NCBI RefSeq assembly: GCF_963921235.1
Contig: NC_086108.1
Span: forward strand, 118,050,001-118,114,000
Direction: 5' to 3'
Source: Mobula hypostoma
Lineage: Eukaryota
DNA length: 64,000 nucleotides
Part shown: one piece after another, positions 1 through 13,800 of the stretch
Position numbering within the stretch: the first letter of the stretch is position 1
Layout of the letters: the number at the start of each line of letters is the position of its first letter
The notes under the pieces: model-generated
Databases searched by the model: none
What the model was told of the DNA's origin: nothing
What the model saw: the letters and a program-made list of their open reading frames with translations, nothing else
Made by a program: the position numbers and the translations under genes

Positions 1-3000
1 ATGTTTTACAGGGCAGGAGAATCAGGGCAGGAGTTTCAGAGCAGGAGTTTCAGAGCATGAGATTCAGGGCAGGACTTTCGGAACAGGAGATTCAGGGCAT
101 GAGATTGAAGGAAGGAGATTCAGGGCATGAGATTCAGGGCAGGAGTTTCTGCAGAGGAGGTTCAGGGCAGGAGATTCAGTGAAGGAGTTTCTGCACAGGA
201 GAATCAGGGCAGGAGTTACAGGACTGGAGTTACTGCACAGGAGTTTCAGGGCAGAAGCTTCAGGGTGGAGTTTCAGGGCAGGTGTTTCAGGGCATGAGAT
301 TCAGGGCAGGACTCTGAGAGCAGAAGATTCAGGACATGAGATTCACGGGAGGAGATACAGGGCATGAGATTCAGGGCAGGAGTTTCTGCACAGGAGGTTC
401 AGGGCAGGAGTTTCAGGGCAGGTGATTCAGGGCAGGAGATACTGGGCAAGAGATTTAGGGAAGGAGATTCACGGCATGAGATTCAGGGCAGGAGTTTCTG
501 CACAGGAGGTTAAGGGGAGGAGATTCAGGGCAAGAGATTCAGGGAAGGTGTTTCTGCACAGGAGGTTAAGGGCAAGAGATTCAACGCAGGAGTTTCAGGG
601 AATGAGATTCAGAGCAGGAGTTTCAGGCAGGAGATTGAGGGCAGGAGTTTCAGGGCATAAGTTTCAGGGCAGGAGATTCAGATCAGGAGTTTCAGACATG
701 AATTTCAGGGAATGAGATTCAGGGCAGCAGTTTCAGGGCAGGAGATACAGGTCAGGAGTTTCTGAACAGGAGATTCAGGGCAGGAGTTAGAGGACTGGAG
801 TTACTGCACAGGAATTTCAGGGCAGATGTTTCATGGCAGTAGTTTCAGGGCAGGAGTCTCAGGGCATGAGATTTAGTGCATGAGTTTCGGGGCAGGAGTT
901 TCTGCACAGGAGATTCAGGGCAGGAGTTACAGGACTGGAGTTACTGCACAGGAGTTTCAGGGCAGAAGCTTCAGGGTGGAGTTTCAGGGCAGGTGTTTCA
1001 GGGCATGAGATTCAGGGCAGGGCTCTGAGAACAGAAGATTCAGGACATGAGATTCACGGGAGGAGATACAGGGCATGAGATTCAGGGCAGGAGTTTCTGG
1101 GCATGAGATTTAGGGAAGGAGATTGACGGCATGAGATTCAGGGCAGGAGTTTCAGGGCAGGAGATTCAGGGCAGGAGTTTCTGCACAGGAGGTTCAGGGC
1201 AGGAGTTTCAGGGCAGGTGATTCAGGGCAGGAGATACTGGGCATGAGATTTAGGGAAGGAGATTCACGGCATGAGATTCAGGGCAGGAGTTTCAGGGCAT
1301 GTTTTACAGGGCAGGAGAATCAGGGCAGGAGTTTCAGAGCAGGAGTTTCAGAGCAGGAGATTCAGGGCAGGACTTTCGGAACAGGAGATTCAGGGCATGA
1401 GATTCAAGGAAGGAGATTCAGGGCATGAGATTCAGGGCAGGAGTTTCTGCACAGGAGGTTAAGGGCAGAAGATTCAGGGCAGGAGATTCAGGGAAGGTGT
1501 TTCTGCACAGGAGATTCAGGGCAGATGTTTCAGGACAGGAATTTCAGGGCAGGAGTTTCAGGGCATGAGATTCAGGGAAGGAGATTCTGGGCATGAGATT
1601 CAGGGCATGAGTTTCTGCACAGGAGATTCAGAGCAGGAGTGTCAGGGCATGAGAATCAAGGCATGAGTTTCAGGGCATGAGATTCAGGTCATGAGTTTCA
1701 GGGCAGGAGATTCAGCTCAGGAGTTTCTGCACAGGAGATTAAGGGCAGGAGTTACAGGACTGGAGTTACTGCACAAGAGTTTTTGGGCAGATGTTTCATG
1801 GCAGGAGATTCAGCGCATGAGTTTCTGCACAGGAGATTTAGAGCAGGAGTTTCAGGGCATGAGATTCAGGGCAGGAGTTTCAGGACATGAGATTGAGGGC
1901 AGGACGTTCAGGGCAGGAGTTTCAGGGTAGAAGTGTCAGGGCAGGAGTTGCAGACATGAATTTCAGGGAATGAGATTCAGGGCAGCAGTTTCAGGGCAGG
2001 AGATTCAGGGAAGGATTTTCTGCACAGGAGGTTAAGGGCAGGAGATTCAGGGCAAGAGATTCAGGGAAGGTGTTTCTGCACAGGAGGTTAAGGGCAATAG
2101 ATTCAACGCAGGAGTTTCAGGGAATGAGATTCAGGGCAGGAGTTTCAGGCAGGAGATTCAGATCAGGAGTTTCAGACATGAATTTCAGGGAATGAGATTC
2201 AGGGCAGCAGTTTCAGGGCAGGAGATACAGCTCAAGAGTTTCTGAACAGGAGATTCAGGGCAGGAGTTAGAGGACTGGAGTTACTGCACAGGAGTTTCAG
2301 GGCAGATGTTTCATGGCAGTCGTTTCAGGGCTGGAGTCTCAGGGCATGAGATTTAGTGCATGAGTTTCGGGGCAGGAGTTTCTGCACAGGAGATTCAGGG
2401 CAGGAGTTACAGGACTGGAGTTACTGCACAGGAGTTTCAGGGCAGAAGCTTCAGGGTGGAGTTTCAGGGCAGGTGTTTCAGGGCATGAGAGTCAGGGCAG
2501 GACTCTGAGAGCGGAAGATTCAGGACATCAGATTCACGGGAGGAGATACAGGGCATGAGATTCAGGGCAGGAGTTTCTGGGCATGAGATTTAGGGAAGGA
2601 GATTGACGGCATGAGATTCAGGGCAGAAGTTTCTGCACAGGAGATTCAGGGCAGATGTTTCAGGGCAGGAATTTTAGGGCAGGAGTTTCAGGGCATGAGA
2701 TTCAGGGAAGGAGATTCTGGGCATGAGATTCAGGGTAGGAGTTTCTGCACAGGAGATTCCGGGCAGATGTTTCAGGGCAGGAATTTCAGGGCAAGAGTTT
2801 CAGGGCATGAGAATCAGGGAAGGAGATTCTCGGCATGAGATTCAGGGCATGAGTTTCTGCACAGGAGATTCAGAGCAGGAGTTTCAGGGCATGAGAATCA
2901 AGGCAAGAGTTTCAGAACATGAGATTCAGGGCAGGAGTTTCAGGGCAGGAGATTCAGGGAAGGAGATTCTGGGCATGAGATTCAGGGCATGAGATTCAGG

Positions 3001-3539
3001 GCAGGAGTTTCAGGACATGAGGTTGAAGGCAGGAGTCTCAGGGCATAAGTTTCAGGACAGGCGATTAGAAACAGGAGGTTCAGGGCATGTTTTTTAGGGC
3101 AGGAGAATCAGGGCAGGTGTTTCAGAGCAGGAGATTCTGCACAGGGGATTCTGTGCAGGACGGTCAGGGCAGGAGTTTCAGACATGACATTCAGGGCATG
3201 AGATTCAGGGCAGGAGTTTCAGGGCAGGAGATTCAGCTCTGGAGTTTCTGCACAGGAGATTAAGTGCAGGAGTTACAGGACTGGAGTTACTGCACAAGAG
3301 TTTCAGGGCAGATGTTTCATGGCAGGAGTTTCAGGGCAGGAGTTTCAGGGCATGAGATTCACGGAACGAGTTTCTGGGCATGAGATTCAGCGCATGAGTT
3401 TCTGCACAGGAGATTCAGAGCAGGAGTTTCAGAGAATGAGATTCACGGAACGAGTTTCTGGGCATGAGATTCAGCGCATGAGTTTCTGCACAGCAGATTC
3501 AGAGCAGGAGATTCAGGGCATGAGATTCAGGGCAGGAGT

Positions 3540-5700
3540 TTCAGGACATGAGACTGAGAGCAGGAGTTTCAGGGCATAAGTTTCAGGGCAGGAGATTCAG
3601 AACAGGAGTTTCAGGGCATGTTTTACAGGGCAGGAGAATCAGGGCAGGAGTTTCAGAGCAGGAGTTTCTGCACAGGAGATTCAGTGCAGGGCGTTCAGGG
3701 CAGGTGTTTCAGGGTAGAAGTGTCAGGGCAGGAGTTTCAGACATGAATTTCGGGAATGAGATTCAGGGCAGCAGTTTCAGGGCAGGAGATACAGCTCAGG
3801 AGTTTCTGAACAGGAGATTCAGGGCAGGAGTTAGAGGACTGGAGTTACTGCACAGGAGTTTCAGGGCAGATGTTTCATGGCAGTAGTTTCAGGGTAGGAG
3901 TCTCAGGGCATGAGATTCAGGGCAGGAGTTTCAGAGCATGAGATTCAGTGCAGGACTTTCGGAACAGGAGATTCAGGGCATGAGATTCACGGAAGGAGAT
4001 TCAGGGCATGAGATTCAGGGCAGGATTTTCTGCAGAGGAGGTTCAGGGCAGGAGTTTCAGGGCATGAGATTTAGAGCAGGAGTTTTAGAACATGAGATTG
4101 AGGGCAGGAGTTTCAGGGCATAAGTTTCAGGGCAGGAGATTCAGAACAGGAGTTTCAGTGCATGTTTTACAGGGCAGGAGAATCAGGGCAGGAGTTTCAG
4201 AGCAGGAGTTTCTGCACAGGAGATTCAGTGCAGGGCGTTCAGGGCAGGAGTTTCAGGGTAGAAGTGTCAGGGCAGGAGTTTCAGACATGAAATTCAGGAA
4301 TGAGATTCAGAGCAGCAGTTTCAGGGCAGGAGATACAGGTCAGGAGTTTCTGAACAGGAGATTCAGGGCAGGAGTTAGAGGACTGGAGTTACTGCACAGG
4401 AGTTTCAGGGCAGATGTTTCATGGCAGTAGTTTCAGGGTAGGAGTCTCAGGGAATGAGATTCAGGGCAGGAGTTTCAGAGCATGAGATTCAGGGCTAGAC
4501 TTTCGGAACAGGAGATTCAGGGCATGAGATTCACGGAAGCAGATTCAGGGCATGAGATTCAGGGCAGGATTTTCTGCAGAGGAGGTTCAGGGCAGGAGTT
4601 TCAGGGCATGAGATTTAGAGCAGGAGTTTTAGAACATGAGATTGAGGGCAGGAGTTTCAGGGCATAAGTTTCAGGGCAGGAGATTCAGAACAGGAGTTTC
4701 AGGGCATGTTTTACAGGGCAGGAGAATCAGGGCAGGAGTTTCAGAGCAGGAGTATCTGCACAGGAGATTCATTGCAGGACGTTCAGGGAAGGAGTTTCAG
4801 GGTAGAAGTGCCAGGGCAGGAGTTTCAGACATGAATTTCGGGAATCAGATTCAGGGCAGCAGTTTCAGGGCAGGAGATAGAGGTCAGGAGTTTCTGAACA
4901 GGAGATTCAGGGCAGGAGTTAGAGGACTGGAGTTACTGCACAGGAGTTTCAGGGCAGATGTTTCATGGCAGTAGTTTCAGGGTAGGAGTCTCAGGGCATG
5001 AGATTCAGGGCAGGAGTTTCAGAGCATGAGATTCAGTGCAGGACTTTCGGAACAGGAGATTCAGGGCATGAGATTCACGGAAGGAGATTCAGGGCATGAG
5101 ATTCAGGGCAGGATTTTCTGCAGAGGAGGTTCAGGGCAGGAGTTTCAGGGCATGAGATTTAGAGCAGGAGTTTTAGAACATGAGATTGAGGGCAGGAGTT
5201 TCAGGGCATAAGTTTCAGGGCAGGAGATTCAGAACAGGAGTTTCAGTGCATGTTTTACAGGGCAGGAGAATCAGGGCAGGAGTTTCAGAGCAGGAGTTTC
5301 TGCACAGGAGATTCAGTGCAGGGCGTTCAGGGCAGGAGTTTCAGGGTAGAAGTGTCAGGACAGGAGTTTCAGACATGAACTTCGGGAATGAGATTCAGAG
5401 CAGCAGTTTCAGGGCAGGAGATACAGGTCAGGAGTTTCTGAACAGGAGATTCAGGGCAGGAGTTAGAGGACTGGAGTTACTGCACAGGAGTTTCAGGGCT
5501 GATGTTTCATGGCAGTAGTTTCAGGGCAGGAGTCTCAGAGCATGAGATTCAGGGCAGGACTTTCGGAACAGGAGATTCAGGGCATGAGATTCACGGATGG
5601 AGATTCAGGGCATGAGATTCAGGGCCGGAGTTCCTGCAGATGAGGTTCAGGGCAGGAGTTTCAGGGCAGGAGATTCAGGGAAGGAGTTTCTGCACAGGAA
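3540..5700 (+). repeat. Four tandem copies of a 544-bp (39-monomer) higher-order repeat
   Basis: The marker GAGTTAGAGGACTGG falls at 3828, 4372, 4916 and 5460 (544-bp spacing), and near-identical 112-aa pseudo-ORFs start at 3548, 4092, 4636 and 5180. 39x14=546, minus two 1-bp-short monomers (CAGACATG; TTTCGGGAATG). Confidence 0.92.
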
Positions 5701-8700
5701 TATAAGGGCAGGAGTTTCACGGAATAAGATTTAGTGCATGAGTTTCGGGGCAGGAGATTCAGGGCAGGAGTTTCTGCACAGGAGATTCAGGGCAGGAGTT
5801 TCTGGGCAGGAGATTCAGGGGAAGAGATTCTGGGAATGAGATTTAGGGAAGGAGATTCACGGCATGAGATTCAGCTCAGGAGTTTCTGCTCAGGAGGTTA
5901 AGGGCAGGAAATTCAGGGCAAGAGATTCAGGGAAAGTGTTTCTGCACAGGAGATTCAGGGCAGATGTTTCAGGGCAGGAATTTCAGGGCAGGAGTTTCAG
6001 GGCATGAGATTCAGGGAAGGAGATTCTGGGCATGAGATTCAGGGAAAGTGTTTCTGCACAGGAGATTCAGGGCAGATGTTTCAGGGCAGGAATTTCAGGG
6101 CAGGAGTTTTAGGGCATGAGATTCAGGGAAGGAGATTCTGGGCATGAGATTCAGGGCATGAGTTTCTGCACAGGAGATTCAGAGCAGGAGTTTCAGGGCA
6201 TGAGATTGAGGGCAGGAGTTTCAGGGCATAAGTTTCAGGGCAGGAGTTTCAGGGCATGAGATTTAGGGAAGGATTTTCTGGGAATGAGATTCAGGGCATG
6301 AGTTTCTGCACAGGAGATTCAGAGCAGGAGTTTCAGGGCATGAGAATCAAGACAGGAGTTTCAGGGCAGGAGATTCAGGGAAGGAGTTTCATGGCAATAG
6401 TTTCAGCACAGGAGATTCAGGGCAGGAGATTCAGGGAAGGGGTTTCATGGCAATAGTTTCAGCACAGCAGTTTCAGGGCAGGAGATACAGCTCAGGAGTT
6501 TCTGAACAGGAGATTCAGGGCAGGAGTTAGAGGACTGGAGTTACTGCACAGGAGTTTCAGGGCAGATGTTTCATGGCAGTAGTTTCAGGGTAGGAGTCTC
6601 AGGGAATGAGATTCAGGGCAGGAGTTTCAGAGCATGAGATTCAGGGCTAGACTTTCGGAACAGGAGATTCAGGGCATGAGATTCACGGAAGGAGATTCAG
6701 GGCATGAGATTCAGGGCAGGATTTTCTGCAGAGGAGGTTCAGGGCAGGAGTTTCAGGGCATGAGATTTAGAGCAGGAGTTTTAGAACATGAGATTGAGGG
6801 CAGGAGTTTCAGGGCATAAGTTTCAGGGCAGGAGATTCAGAACAGGAGTTTCAGGGCATGTTTTACAGGGCAGGAGAATCAGGGCAGGAGTTTCAGAGCA
6901 GGAGTATCTGCACAGGAGATTCAGTGCATGACGTTCAGGGAAGGAGTTTCAGGGTAGAAGTGTCAGGGCGGGAGTTTCAGACATGAATTTCAGGGAATGA
7001 GATTCAGGGCAGCAGTTTCAGGGCAGGAGATACAGGTCAGGAGTTTCTGTACAGGAGACTCAGGGCAGGAGTTAGAGGATTGGAGTTACTGCACAGGAGT
7101 TTCAGGGCTGATGTTTCATGGCAGTAGTTTCAGGGCAGGAGTCTCAGAGCATGAGATTCAGGGCAGGACTTTCGGAACAGGAGATTCAGGGCATGAGATT
7201 CACGGATGGAGATCCAGGGCATGAGATTCAGGGCCGGCGTTTCTGCAGAGGAGGTTCAGGGCAGGAGTTTCAGGGCAGGAGATTCAGGGAAGGAGTTTCT
7301 GCACAGGAAAATCAGGGTAGGAGTTTCAGGGCATGAGATTTAGTGCATGAGTTTCGGGGCAGGAGCTTCAGGGCAGGAGTTTCTGCACAGGAGATTCAGG
7401 GCAGGAGTTTCTGGGCAGGATATTCAGGGGAAGAGATTCTGGGAATGAGATTTAGGGAAGGAGATTCACGGCATGAGATTCAGCTCAGGAGTTTCTGCAC
7501 AGGAGGTTAAGGGCAGGAGATTCAGGGCAAGAGATTCAGGGATGGTGCTTCTGCACAGGAGAGTCAGGGCAGATGTTTCAGGGCAGGAATTTCAGGGCAG
7601 GAGTTTCAGGGCATGAGATTCAGGGAAGGAGATTCTGGGCATGAGATTCAGGGCATGAGTTTCTGCACAGGAGATTCAGAGCAGGAGTTTCAGGGCATGA
7701 GATTGAGGGCAGGAGTTTCAGGGCATAAGTTTCAGGGCAGGAGTTTCAGGGCATGAGATTTAGGGAAGGATTTTCTGGGAATGAGATTCAGGGCATGAGT
7801 TTCTGCACAGGAGATTCAGAGCAGGAGTTTCAGGGCATGAGAATCAAGACAGGAGTTTCAGGGCAGGAGATTCAGGGAAGGAGTTTCATGGCAATAGTTT
7901 CAGCACAGGAGATTCAGGGCAGGAGTTACAGGACTGGAGTTACTGCACAGAAGTTTCAGGGCAGATGTTTCATGGCAGGAGTTTCAGGGCAGGAGTTTCA
8001 GGGCAGGAGATTCAGAACAGGAGTTTCAGGGCATGTTTTACAGGGCCGGAGAATCAGGGCAGGAGTTTCAGAGCAGGAGTTTCAGAGCATGAGATTCAGG
8101 GCAGGACTTTCGGAACAGGAGATTCAGGGCATGAGATTCACGGAAGGAGATTCAGGGCAGGATTTTCTGCAGAGGAGGTTTAGGGCATAAGTTTCAGGGC
8201 AGGAGATTCAGAACAGGAGTTTCAGGGCATGTTTTACAGGGCAGGAGAATCAGGGCAGGAGTTTCAGAGCAGGAGTTTCTGCACAGGAGATTCAGTGCAG
8301 GGCGTTCAGGGCAGGTGTTTCAGGGTAGAAGTGTCAGGGCAGGAGTTTCAGACATGAATTTCAGGGAATGAGATTCAGGGCAGCAGTTTCAGGGCAGGAG
8401 ATACAGGTCAGGAATCTCTGAACAGGATATTCAGGGCAGGAGTTAGAGGACTGAAGTTACTGCACAGGAGTTTCAGGGCTGATGTTTCATGGCAGTAGTT
8501 TCAGGGCAGGAGTCTCAGAGCATGAGATTCAGGGCAGGACTTTCGGAACAGGAGATTCAGTGCATGAGATTCACGGATGGAGATTCAGGGCATGAGATTC
8601 AGGGCCGGAGTTTCTGCAGAGGAGGTTCAGGGCAGGAGTTTCAGGGCAGGAGATTCAGGGAAGGAGTTTCTGCACAGGAGATTCAGAGCAGGAGTTTCAG

Positions 8701-10829
8701 GGCATGAGATTCAGGGCAGGAGTTTCAGGACATGAGATTGAGGGCAGGAGTTTCAGGGCATAAGTTTCAGGGCAGGAGATTCAGAACAGGAGTTTCAGGG
8801 CATGTTTTACAGGGCAGGAGAATCAGGGCAGGAGTTTCAGAGCAGGAGTTTCAGAGCATGAGATTCAGGGCAGGACTTTCGGAACAGGAGATTCAGGGCA
8901 TGAGATTCAGGGCAGGATTTTCTGCAGAGGAGGTTCAGTGCAGGAGTTTCAGGGCATGAGATTTAGGGCAGGGGTTTTAGAACATGAGATTGAGGGCAGG
9001 AGTTTCAGGGCATAAGTTTCATGGCAGGGGATTCAGAACAGGAGTTTCAGGGAATGTTTTACAGGGCAGGAGAATCAGGGCAGGAGTTTCAGAGCAGGAG
9101 TTTCTGCACAGGAGATTCAGTGCAGGACGTTCAGGGAAGGAGTTTCAGGGTAGAAGTGTCAGGGCAGGAGTTTCAGACATGAATTTCAGGGAATGAGATT
9201 CAGGGCAGCAGTTTCAGGGCAGGAGATACAGGTCAGGAGTTTCTGAACAGGATATTCAGGGCAGGAGTTAGAGGACTGGAGTTACTGCACAGGAGTTTCA
9301 GGGCTGATGTTTCATGGCAGTAGTTTCAGGGCAGGAGTCTCAGAGCATGAGATTCAGGGCAGGACTTTCGGAACAGGAGATTCAGTGCATGAGATTCACG
9401 GATGGAGATTCAGGGCATGAGATTCAGGGCCGGAGTATCTGCAGAGGAGGTTCAGGGCAGGAGTTTCAGGGCAGGTGATTCAGGGCAGGAGATACTGGGC
9501 ATGAGATTTAGTGCATGAGTTTCCGGGCAGGAGATTCAGGGCAGGAGTTTCTGCACAGGTGATTCAGGGTAGGAGTTTCTGGGCAGGAGATTCAGGGCAG
9601 GAGATTCTGGGAATGAGATTTAGGGAAGGAAATTCACGGCATGAGATTCATGGCAGCAGTTTCTGCACAGGAGGTTAAGGGCAGGAGATTCAGGGCAAGA
9701 GATTCAGCGCATGAGTTTCTGCACAGGAGATTCAGAGCAGGAGTTTCAGGGCATGAGATTCAGGGCAGGAGTTTCAGGACATGAGATTGAGGGCAGGAGT
9801 TTCAGGGCATAAGTTTCAGGGCAGGAGATTCAGAACAGGAGTTTCAGGGCATGTTTTACAGGGCAGGAGAATCAGGGCAGGAGTTTCAGAGCAGGAGTTT
9901 CTGCACAGGAGATTCAGTGCAGGGCGTTCAGGGCAGGAGTTTCAGGGTAGAAGTGTCAGGGCAGGAGTTTCAGACATGAATTTCGGGAATGAGATTCAGG
10001 GCAGCAGTTTCAGGGCAGGAGATACAGCTCAGGAGTTTCTGAACAGGAGATTCAGGGCAGGAGTTAGAGGACTGGAGTTACTGCACAGGAGTTTCAGGGC
10101 AGATGTTTCATGGCAGTAGTTTCAGGGCAGGAGTTTCAGAGCATGAGATTCAGTGCAGGACTTTCGGAACAGGAGATTCAGGGCATGAGATTCACGGAAG
10201 GAGATTCAGGGCATGAGATTCAGGGCAGGATTTTCTGCAGAGGAGGTTCAGGGCAGGAGTTTCAGGGCATGAGATTTAGAGCAGGAGTTTTAGAACATCA
10301 GATTGAGGGCAGGAGTTTCAGGGCATAAGTTTCTGCACAGGAGATTCAGTGCAGGGCGTTCAGGGCAGGAGTTTCAGGGTAGAAGTGTCAGGGCAGGAGT
10401 TTCAGACATGAATTTCGGGAATGAGATTCAGGGCATCAGTTTCAGGGCAGGAGATTTAGAGCAGGAGTTTTAGAACATGAGATTGAGGGCAGAAGTTTCA
10501 AGGCAGGAGATTCAGACATGAATTTCGGGCAGGAGTTTCAGGGCATAAGTTTCATGGCAGGGGATTCAGAACAGGAGTTTCAGGGCATGTTTTACAGGGT
10601 AGGAGAATCAGGGCAGGAGTTTCAGAGCAGGAGTTTCTGCACAGGAGATTCAGTGCAGGACGTTCAGGGAAGGAGTTTCAGGGTAGAAGTGTCAGGGCAG
10701 GAGTTTCAGACATGAATTTCAGGGAATGAGATTCAGGGCAGGAGTTAGAGGACTGGAGTTACTGCACAGGAGTTTCAGGGCAGATGTTTCATGGCAGTAG
10801 TTTCAGGGCAGGAGTTTCAGAGCATGAGA

Positions 10830-13800
10830 TTCAGGGCAGGACTTTCGGAACAGGAGATTCAAGGCATGAGATTCACGGAAGCAGATTCAGGGCATGAGAT
10901 TCAGGGCAGGATTTTCTGCAGAGGATGTTCAGGGCAGGAGTTTCAGGGCATGAGATTTAGAGCAGGAGTTTTAGAACATGAGATTGAGGGCAGAAGTTTC
11001 AGGGCATAAGTTTCAGGGCAGGAGATTCAGAACAGGAGTTTCAGGGCATGTTTTACAGGGCAGGAGAATCAGGGCAGGTGTTTCAGAGCAGGAGTTTCTG
11101 CACAGGAGATTCAGTGCAGGACGTTCAGGGAAGGAGTTTCAGGGTAGAAGTGTCAGGGCGGGAGTTTCAGACATGAATTTCAGGGAATGAGATTCAGGGC
11201 AGCAGTTTCAGGGCAGGAGATACAGGTCAGTAGTTTCTGAACAGGAGATTCAGGGCAGGAGTTAGAGGACTGGAGTTACTGCACAGGAGTTTCAGGGCTG
11301 ATGTTTCATGGCAGTAGTTTCAGGGCAGGAGTCTCAGAGCATGAGATTCAGGGCAGGACTTTCGGAACAGGAGATTCAGGGCATGAGATTCACGGATGGA
11401 GATTCAGGGCATGAGATTCAGGGCCGGAGTTTCTGCAGAGGAGGTTCAGGGCAGGAGTTTCAGGGCAGGAGAGTTAGGGAACGAGTTTCTGCACAGGAGA
11501 ATCAGGGCAGGAGTTTCAGGGCATGAGATTCAGGGCAGGATTTTCAGGACATGAGATTGAGGGCAGGAGTTTCAGGGCATAAGTTTCAGGGCATGTTTTA
11601 CAGGGCAGGAGAATCAGGGCAGGAGTTTCAGAGCAGGAGTTTCAGAGCATGAGATTCAGGGCAGGACTTTCGGAACAGGAGATTCAGGGCATGAGATTCA
11701 CGGAAGGAGATTCAGGGCATGAGATTCAGGGCAGGATTTTCTGCAGAGGAGGTTCAGTGCAGGAGTTTCAGGGCATGAGATTTAGGGCAGGAGTTTTAGA
11801 ACATGAGATTGAGGGCAGGAGTTTCAGGGCATAAGTTTCATGGCAGGGGATTCAGAACAGGAGTTTCAGGGCATGTTTTACAGGGCAGGAGAATCAGGGC
11901 AGGAGTTTCAGAGCAGGAGTTTCTGCACAGGAGATTCAGTGCAGGACGTTCAGGGAAGGAGTTTCAGGGTAGAAGTGTCAGGGCAGGAGTTTCAGACATG
12001 AATTTCAGGGAATGAGATTCAGGGCAGCAGTTTCAGGGCAGGAGATACAGGTCAGGAGTTTCTGAACAGGATATTCAGGGCAGGAGTTAGAGGACTGGAG
12101 TTACTGCACAGGAGTTTCAGGGCTGATGTTTCATGGCAGTAGTTTCAGGGCAGGAGTCTCAGAGCATGAGATTCAGGGCAGGACTTTCGGAACAGGAGAT
12201 TCAGTGCATGAGATTCACGGATGGAGATTCAGGGCATGAGATTCAGGGCCGGAGTTTCTGCAGAGGAGGTTCAGGGCAGGAGTTTCAGGGCAGGTGATTC
12301 AGGGCAGGAGATACTGGGCATGAGATTTAGTGCATGAGTTTCCGGGCAGGAGATTCAGGGAAGGTGTTTCTGCACAGGTGATTCAGGGTAAGAGTTTCTG
12401 GGCAGGAGATTCAGGGCAGGAGATTCTGGGAATGAGATTTAGTGAAGGAGATTCACGGCATGAGATTCATGGCAGGAGTTTCTGCACAGGAGGTTAAGGG
12501 CAGGAGTTTCAGGGCATAAGTTTCAGGGCAGGAGATTCAGAACAGGAGTTTCAGGGCATGTTTTACAGGGCAGGAGAATCAGGGCAGGAGTTTCAGAGCA
12601 GGAGTTTCTGCACAGGAGATTCAGTGCAGGGCGTTCAGGGCAGGAGTTTCAGGGTAGAAGTGTCAGGGCAGGAGTTTCAGACATGAATTTCGGGAATGAG
12701 ATTCAGGGCAGCAGTTTCAGGGCAGGAGATACAGCTCAGGATTTTCTGAACAGGCGATTCAGGGCAGGAGTTAGAGGACTGGAGTTACTGCACAGGAGTT
12801 TCAGGGCAGATGTTTCATGGCAGTAGTTTCAGGGTAGGAGTCTCAGGGCATGAGATTCAGGGCAGGAGTTTCAGAGCATGAGATTCAGGGCAGGACTTTC
12901 GGAACAGGAGATTCAGGGCATGAGATTCACGGAAGGAGATTCAGGGCATGAGATTCAGGGCAGGATTTTCTTCAGAGGAGGTTCAGGGCAGGAGTTTCAG
13001 GGCATGAGATTTAGAGCAGGAGTTTTAGAACATGAGATTGAGGGCAGAAGTTTCAGGGCATAAGTTTCAGGGCAGGAGATTCAGAACAGGAGTTTCAGGG
13101 CATGTTTTACAGGGCAGGAGAATCAGGGCAGGTGTTTCAGAGCAGGAGTTTCTGCACAGGAGATTCAGTGCAGGACATTCAGGGAAGGAGTTTCAGGGTA
13201 GAAGTGTCAGGGCGGGAGTTTCAGACATGAATTTCAGGGAATGAGATTCAGGGCAGCAGTTTCAGGGCAGGAGATACAGGTCAGTAGTTTCTGAACAGGA
13301 GATTCAGGGCAGGAGTTAGAGGACTGGAGTTACTGCACAGGAGTTTCAGGGCTGATGTTTCATGGCAGTAGTTTCAGGGCAGGAGTCTCAGAGCATGAGA
13401 TTCAGTGCAGGACTTTCGGAACAGGAGATTCAGGGCATGAGATTCAGGGCCGGAGTTTCTGCAGAGGAGGTTCAGGGCAGGAGTTTCAGGGCAGGAGATT
13501 CAGGGAAGGAGTTTCTGCACAGGAGATTCAGAGCAGGAGTTTCAGGGCATGAGATTCAGGACAGGAGTTTCAGGACATGAGATTGAGGGCAGGAGTTTCA
13601 GGGCATAAGTTTCAGGGCAGGAGATTCAGAACAGGAGTTTCAGGGCATGTTTTACAGGGCAGGAGAATCAGGGCAGGAGTTTCAGAGCAGGAGTTTCAGA
13701 GCATGAGATTCAGGGCAGGACTTTCGGAACAGGAGATTCAGGGCATGAGATTCACGGAAGGAGATTCAGGGCATGAGATTCAGGGCAGGATTTTCTGCAG

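Noticed and set aside
3548..5518. Four tandem 112-aa 'genes' at 544-bp spacing
   Set aside because: They are copies of the 39-monomer HOR. The same frame is cut to 70 aa in other copies by a 1-bp difference (TTTCGGG versus TTTCAGGG), which shows no coding constraint.
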